A program made the position numbers and the translations under genes. A DNA stretch of 61,259 nt, counting the filler, from Asterionella formosa (taxonomy: Eukaryota), in the NCBI GenBank assembly GCA_002256025.1. It is 12 parts of 12 records of this genome, joined end to end, with 100 filler letters (N's around TTAATTAATTAA, not from the genome) between each part and the next. Parts side by side here need not be neighbours in the genome. Positions count along the whole stretch, not along the records: positions 56,263 to 61,259 come from NKIB01013263.1; 11 more parts are not named here. One strand, written 5' to 3'. How positions within the stretch are numbered: position 1 is the stretch's first letter; each line of letters opens with the position of its first letter. Shown piece after piece: positions 58,161 to 61,259 of this stretch. The notes below the pieces were generated by a model that saw only the letters and a program-made list of their open reading frames with translations, made no database searches and was not told where the DNA came from.

Positions 58161-59270
58161 ATGGCAATCTATTCAAGGGTTCCTGTCATTCCTTTGATCA
58201 AAGATTACAATGTATTTATTGAATATCAAGATTAAGACATTCAGAGTTGCTTCAACCAGTGGAAGGTTAGAATTGTTTGATCAAGATATGATTGATGGAA
58301 GCTCTGTGAAAGCATTGTTGATTGGAGTGAATCAATTTCGTGACATGGCTAGAACATGTGCCTTTGGCCCTGCAGATACCTTTTCCTACTTTAAAAGGTG
58401 TTTGACCGGCATTGCCTTACCGGATTGGTTGAATGTGGAAGTACACCCAGAAGATCAATCCTACTACTGATAGTTTTGATTAAGCGATGGTTTTATGGTT
58501 AGATGATCGCTTACCAAACGAAAGTTTTCAACGTCAACGCCAATGGATGCTAGCTACGCTACTTATCTAAACCTTTTTCTATGTTGGTAATGGATTTCGG
58601 AGCTCGCATTAAAAACTTTGAACAGGCTACTTCAACTAATGCCTCATCCAGAAGATCAAAACGGATTGTCAAAAGAAGATATGCGGATTATCATCATCTG
58701 TTCTATGCCCGATGAGTGGCAACAAGGGTTTGAATCGAATCATGCTAAAACTTCAAGCCAATCGATTCGCTCAGTTCTCGCTTACTTCGAGAGTCAACAG
58801 TCGTTTAAAGATCGAAACAAGCACCTTCCCAAGAACAGTTTTCAAACAATCACGCAAAATTGTCTTCATATCGCTGAAGGCAATCTTGTGATGCGTCAAG
58901 AAAACGAGCATGTCAGGCGTCAATTATACAACGATAATTTTACTCCAAGTGGTTGTGGAAGAGCGCGTGCTATTGTCAACGCAGCCGGTCGCAAATGGGA
59001 TCATCAGCCAACTGTTTGTCATCAAGCTCTACAAGCCAGTTGTACGTACCATGATTATCTTTGCCCTTGCCCAGTTCATCCTGAAGGTACACATACTTGG
59101 GGCAATTATTTTCAGAATCCTCATGCTCAAGGTGGTTGAGCAGGTCGCATGGCTGATCATAATAATGGACGTGGAGGAGGACATTTTGGTGGTCATGGAG
59201 TTGGCTCACATAGCAATCCTACAGAAAGCTACCATACTGACACATCGAAGACAGGAGAATACACAGTTTC
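58161..59270 (+). pseudogene. Ty3/Gypsy-type gag remnant
   Basis: FKRCLTGIALPDW, QRQWM, KPFSMLVMDFGARIKTLNRLLQLMP, SMPDEWQQGF, degenerate knuckle CPVHPEGTHTWGNYFQNP; contains stops and frameshifts. Confidence 0.65.
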
Positions 59271-59279
59271 ACCAGTCCA

Positions 59280-60260
59280 GATCCGCTCACACATTAAAGG
59301 TTATCATTACAAAACATATTTCAGGAAAAAACACAAGATAGACTATATGGCAGAATCATACATTGACTGGCATAGTCTAAAATCAGCCGTCAACAAACAA
59401 ACAACAGGGTTGAAAACAATGATAACAAAGCACATACATGGCTGGTTACCCACAGGTGCCCGAAGTAAACTTATTAACAATGGGGAGGACTCCTGCCCAC
59501 AATGCAAGTTCCAAGAAACCAATGAACACATCATCACATGGAGAAGTCCCAAAGTACGGTATACTATGGGAATCAGGCTGTCAGTAATGGCAAATGCTAT
59601 CCAGAAAACACGATCAGGCACAAAAGTGACACCAGTATGGTTAGATTATATCAGACCTACGATCAGGCACAAAAGTGACACCAGTATGGTTAGATTATAT
59701 CAGACCTTTGATGTCACAGAATGAAACGCCTTTCACACCCCACTTTGTACCGCGTACTTCGGGGGGAAAAAAGATCATCTATCAATCGCTTAAACATCAG
59801 GGCGCATTGTGCAAGGAACTCACTCTTCGGGGGTATTTGGTAAAGTGTTGGAACAAGGCAGCAAAGAGTTCCAACATCGACGAAAACATGGCAACAGGAA
59901 AACTACATGAATTGAGGGTACCCTCAGCTATTACAAATCTATGGATGCATGGTTGTCCACAGATCATGGACAGACAGAAACGAAATTCCATCACAACGTC
60001 ACCCTCAAAATAGCACAATCTGATCTGAATCAGCAAATTACACAATACTACCAGCATAAAGAAGAAATATGCAGATGTGATTCCCATGTCTTCTCAATCT
60101 CACTACAGGATCTGCTTGACTCCCAACTCAACCAAAAAACAAGGTTTCTGGAAAGATCAAAAAACATATTTCACGCATCCAAACAGCAGTCACAAAAGTG
60201 ACAGGAATCTATATACACGTTTTTCTCAAGGAATACAGTACAGGAGACAGGAACTCCAAC
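59280..60260 (+). mobile_element. 3' part of a non-LTR retrotransposon ORF (zinc-finger region), degenerate
   Basis: IDWHSL...KHIHGWLPTG...CPQCKFQETNEHI, QGAL..ELTLRGYLVKCW, LWMHG, RNEIHH-like segment; frameshifted. Confidence 0.7.
59610..59707 (+). repeat. Exact 49-bp tandem duplication
   Basis: ACGATCAGGCACAAAAGTGACACCAGTATGGTTAGATTATATCAGACCT twice. Confidence 0.97.
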
Positions 60261-61259
60261 ACCAGCAATCCGTCAAAACTCTCGTGTGTGGCCTTCAAGA
60301 ACCCACTACAAACAATCCACACTACAAATCCAATTCCCAAGCTGACATGCACCACTCAGCTACATGGAAAGGACCCAAGATCGCAGCTACCGGAAGTGTT
60401 TTTTACCAATACTTCTACTCGAGGAGTGACCACCAACACATCTTCCACCGCCCCACCTCACTAGGAGCCTTGAAGCGCAATAACGCCAAATCTAGAAATA
60501 GGATAGGATAACGGCGCTATAAAATGAATGAAATATAACTAATATACTTTATGATTGATAAATTGATCTTTCTTCTATGATGTATTGATAACACTTGTGT
60601 ACATATTTTATCGTATTTTATTATCATTGTGTTATTTTAACATGATCATATTTTGATTAGAATTAAATCATAAACATTTTATCAATTCATCATAGTTTTA
60701 TGATCAATGAATCATAGTGGTGTGATAGACATTATTCAATATTAGGTATCATATTTTGGTGATGTATGTATCAAAATAACCCTATAACGATGCAGATCTC
60801 AGTTGGGTTCAGCTTTTTTCGTCTTTTCTGTATTATTTCGCTTTTCAATTGTGTGATGGAAAAGTTATTACCTTTGTAAGTACTACAATGCATGTGTCTC
60901 AACTGAAACTCCTCTTTTTTGCTTCGTTTCTAACCAAAAAACAAAACTTTTTCTATTTCTCATTTGATGCTACTTATTACATTGCATGTCTTTCTTTGGT
61001 CGCTCCAAACATCATGTTCAATTTTCATTGAAAATCTATGTTAGAATCATTCTCGTGTGTTACACGCTTGTTTTACCATTTCTATGTATTTTACCGTTTT
61101 TCTGGCTGTGATGCTAAAATGGGCAATTTCTTTGCCGTAAAATTCGATGTGCTCCATATTGCCCGTAAATAGAAATTACTCAAGAAATTACTTTAAGCCT
61201 AAAAATTACTTCGAAGTAACCGAATGGCAAGATGACAGCTGGAGCGGGAATTGCCTTCT

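Overview
Eukaryotic draft-assembly sequence, most likely from a diatom (inferred from short GT-AG introns with CTAAC branch points, ASAF-type plastid presequences and diatom-style Copia, Gypsy and LINE remnants). The window is not one locus. It is 12 unrelated contigs of about 5 kb, sorted by decreasing length (5037, 5030, 5026, 5022, 5019, 5013, 5012, 5004, 5001, 5000, 4998, 4997 nt) and joined by artificial N44-TTAATTAATTAA-N44 spacers, so gene context only counts within a contig. Recognisable genes are a kinase-less COG3899-like AAA/STAND ATPase, an M6-family metalloprotease, a COPI-associated/EF-hand membrane protein, F-actin capping protein beta, an ERCC6L2/SWITCH2-like SNF2 helicase, eIF2-gamma, an atypical SDR, a TPR protein, a carnitine acyltransferase and a secreted heme peroxidase. 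Much of the rest is transposon debris (pogo/DDE_1, PIF/Harbinger, Copia, Gypsy, LINE, MITEs). Two observations stand out. First, a probably plastid-targeted disordered protein built from FGxxYLSSLPGKxxSTP repeats is a candidate multivalent condensate or pyrenoid linker. Second, the palindrome TACCGGTA is enriched about 30-fold, together with TACCWGGTA clusters, and both match the TA-CC...GG-TA ends of transposons in this same window. All calls come from reading the sequence by eye; no database search was run.
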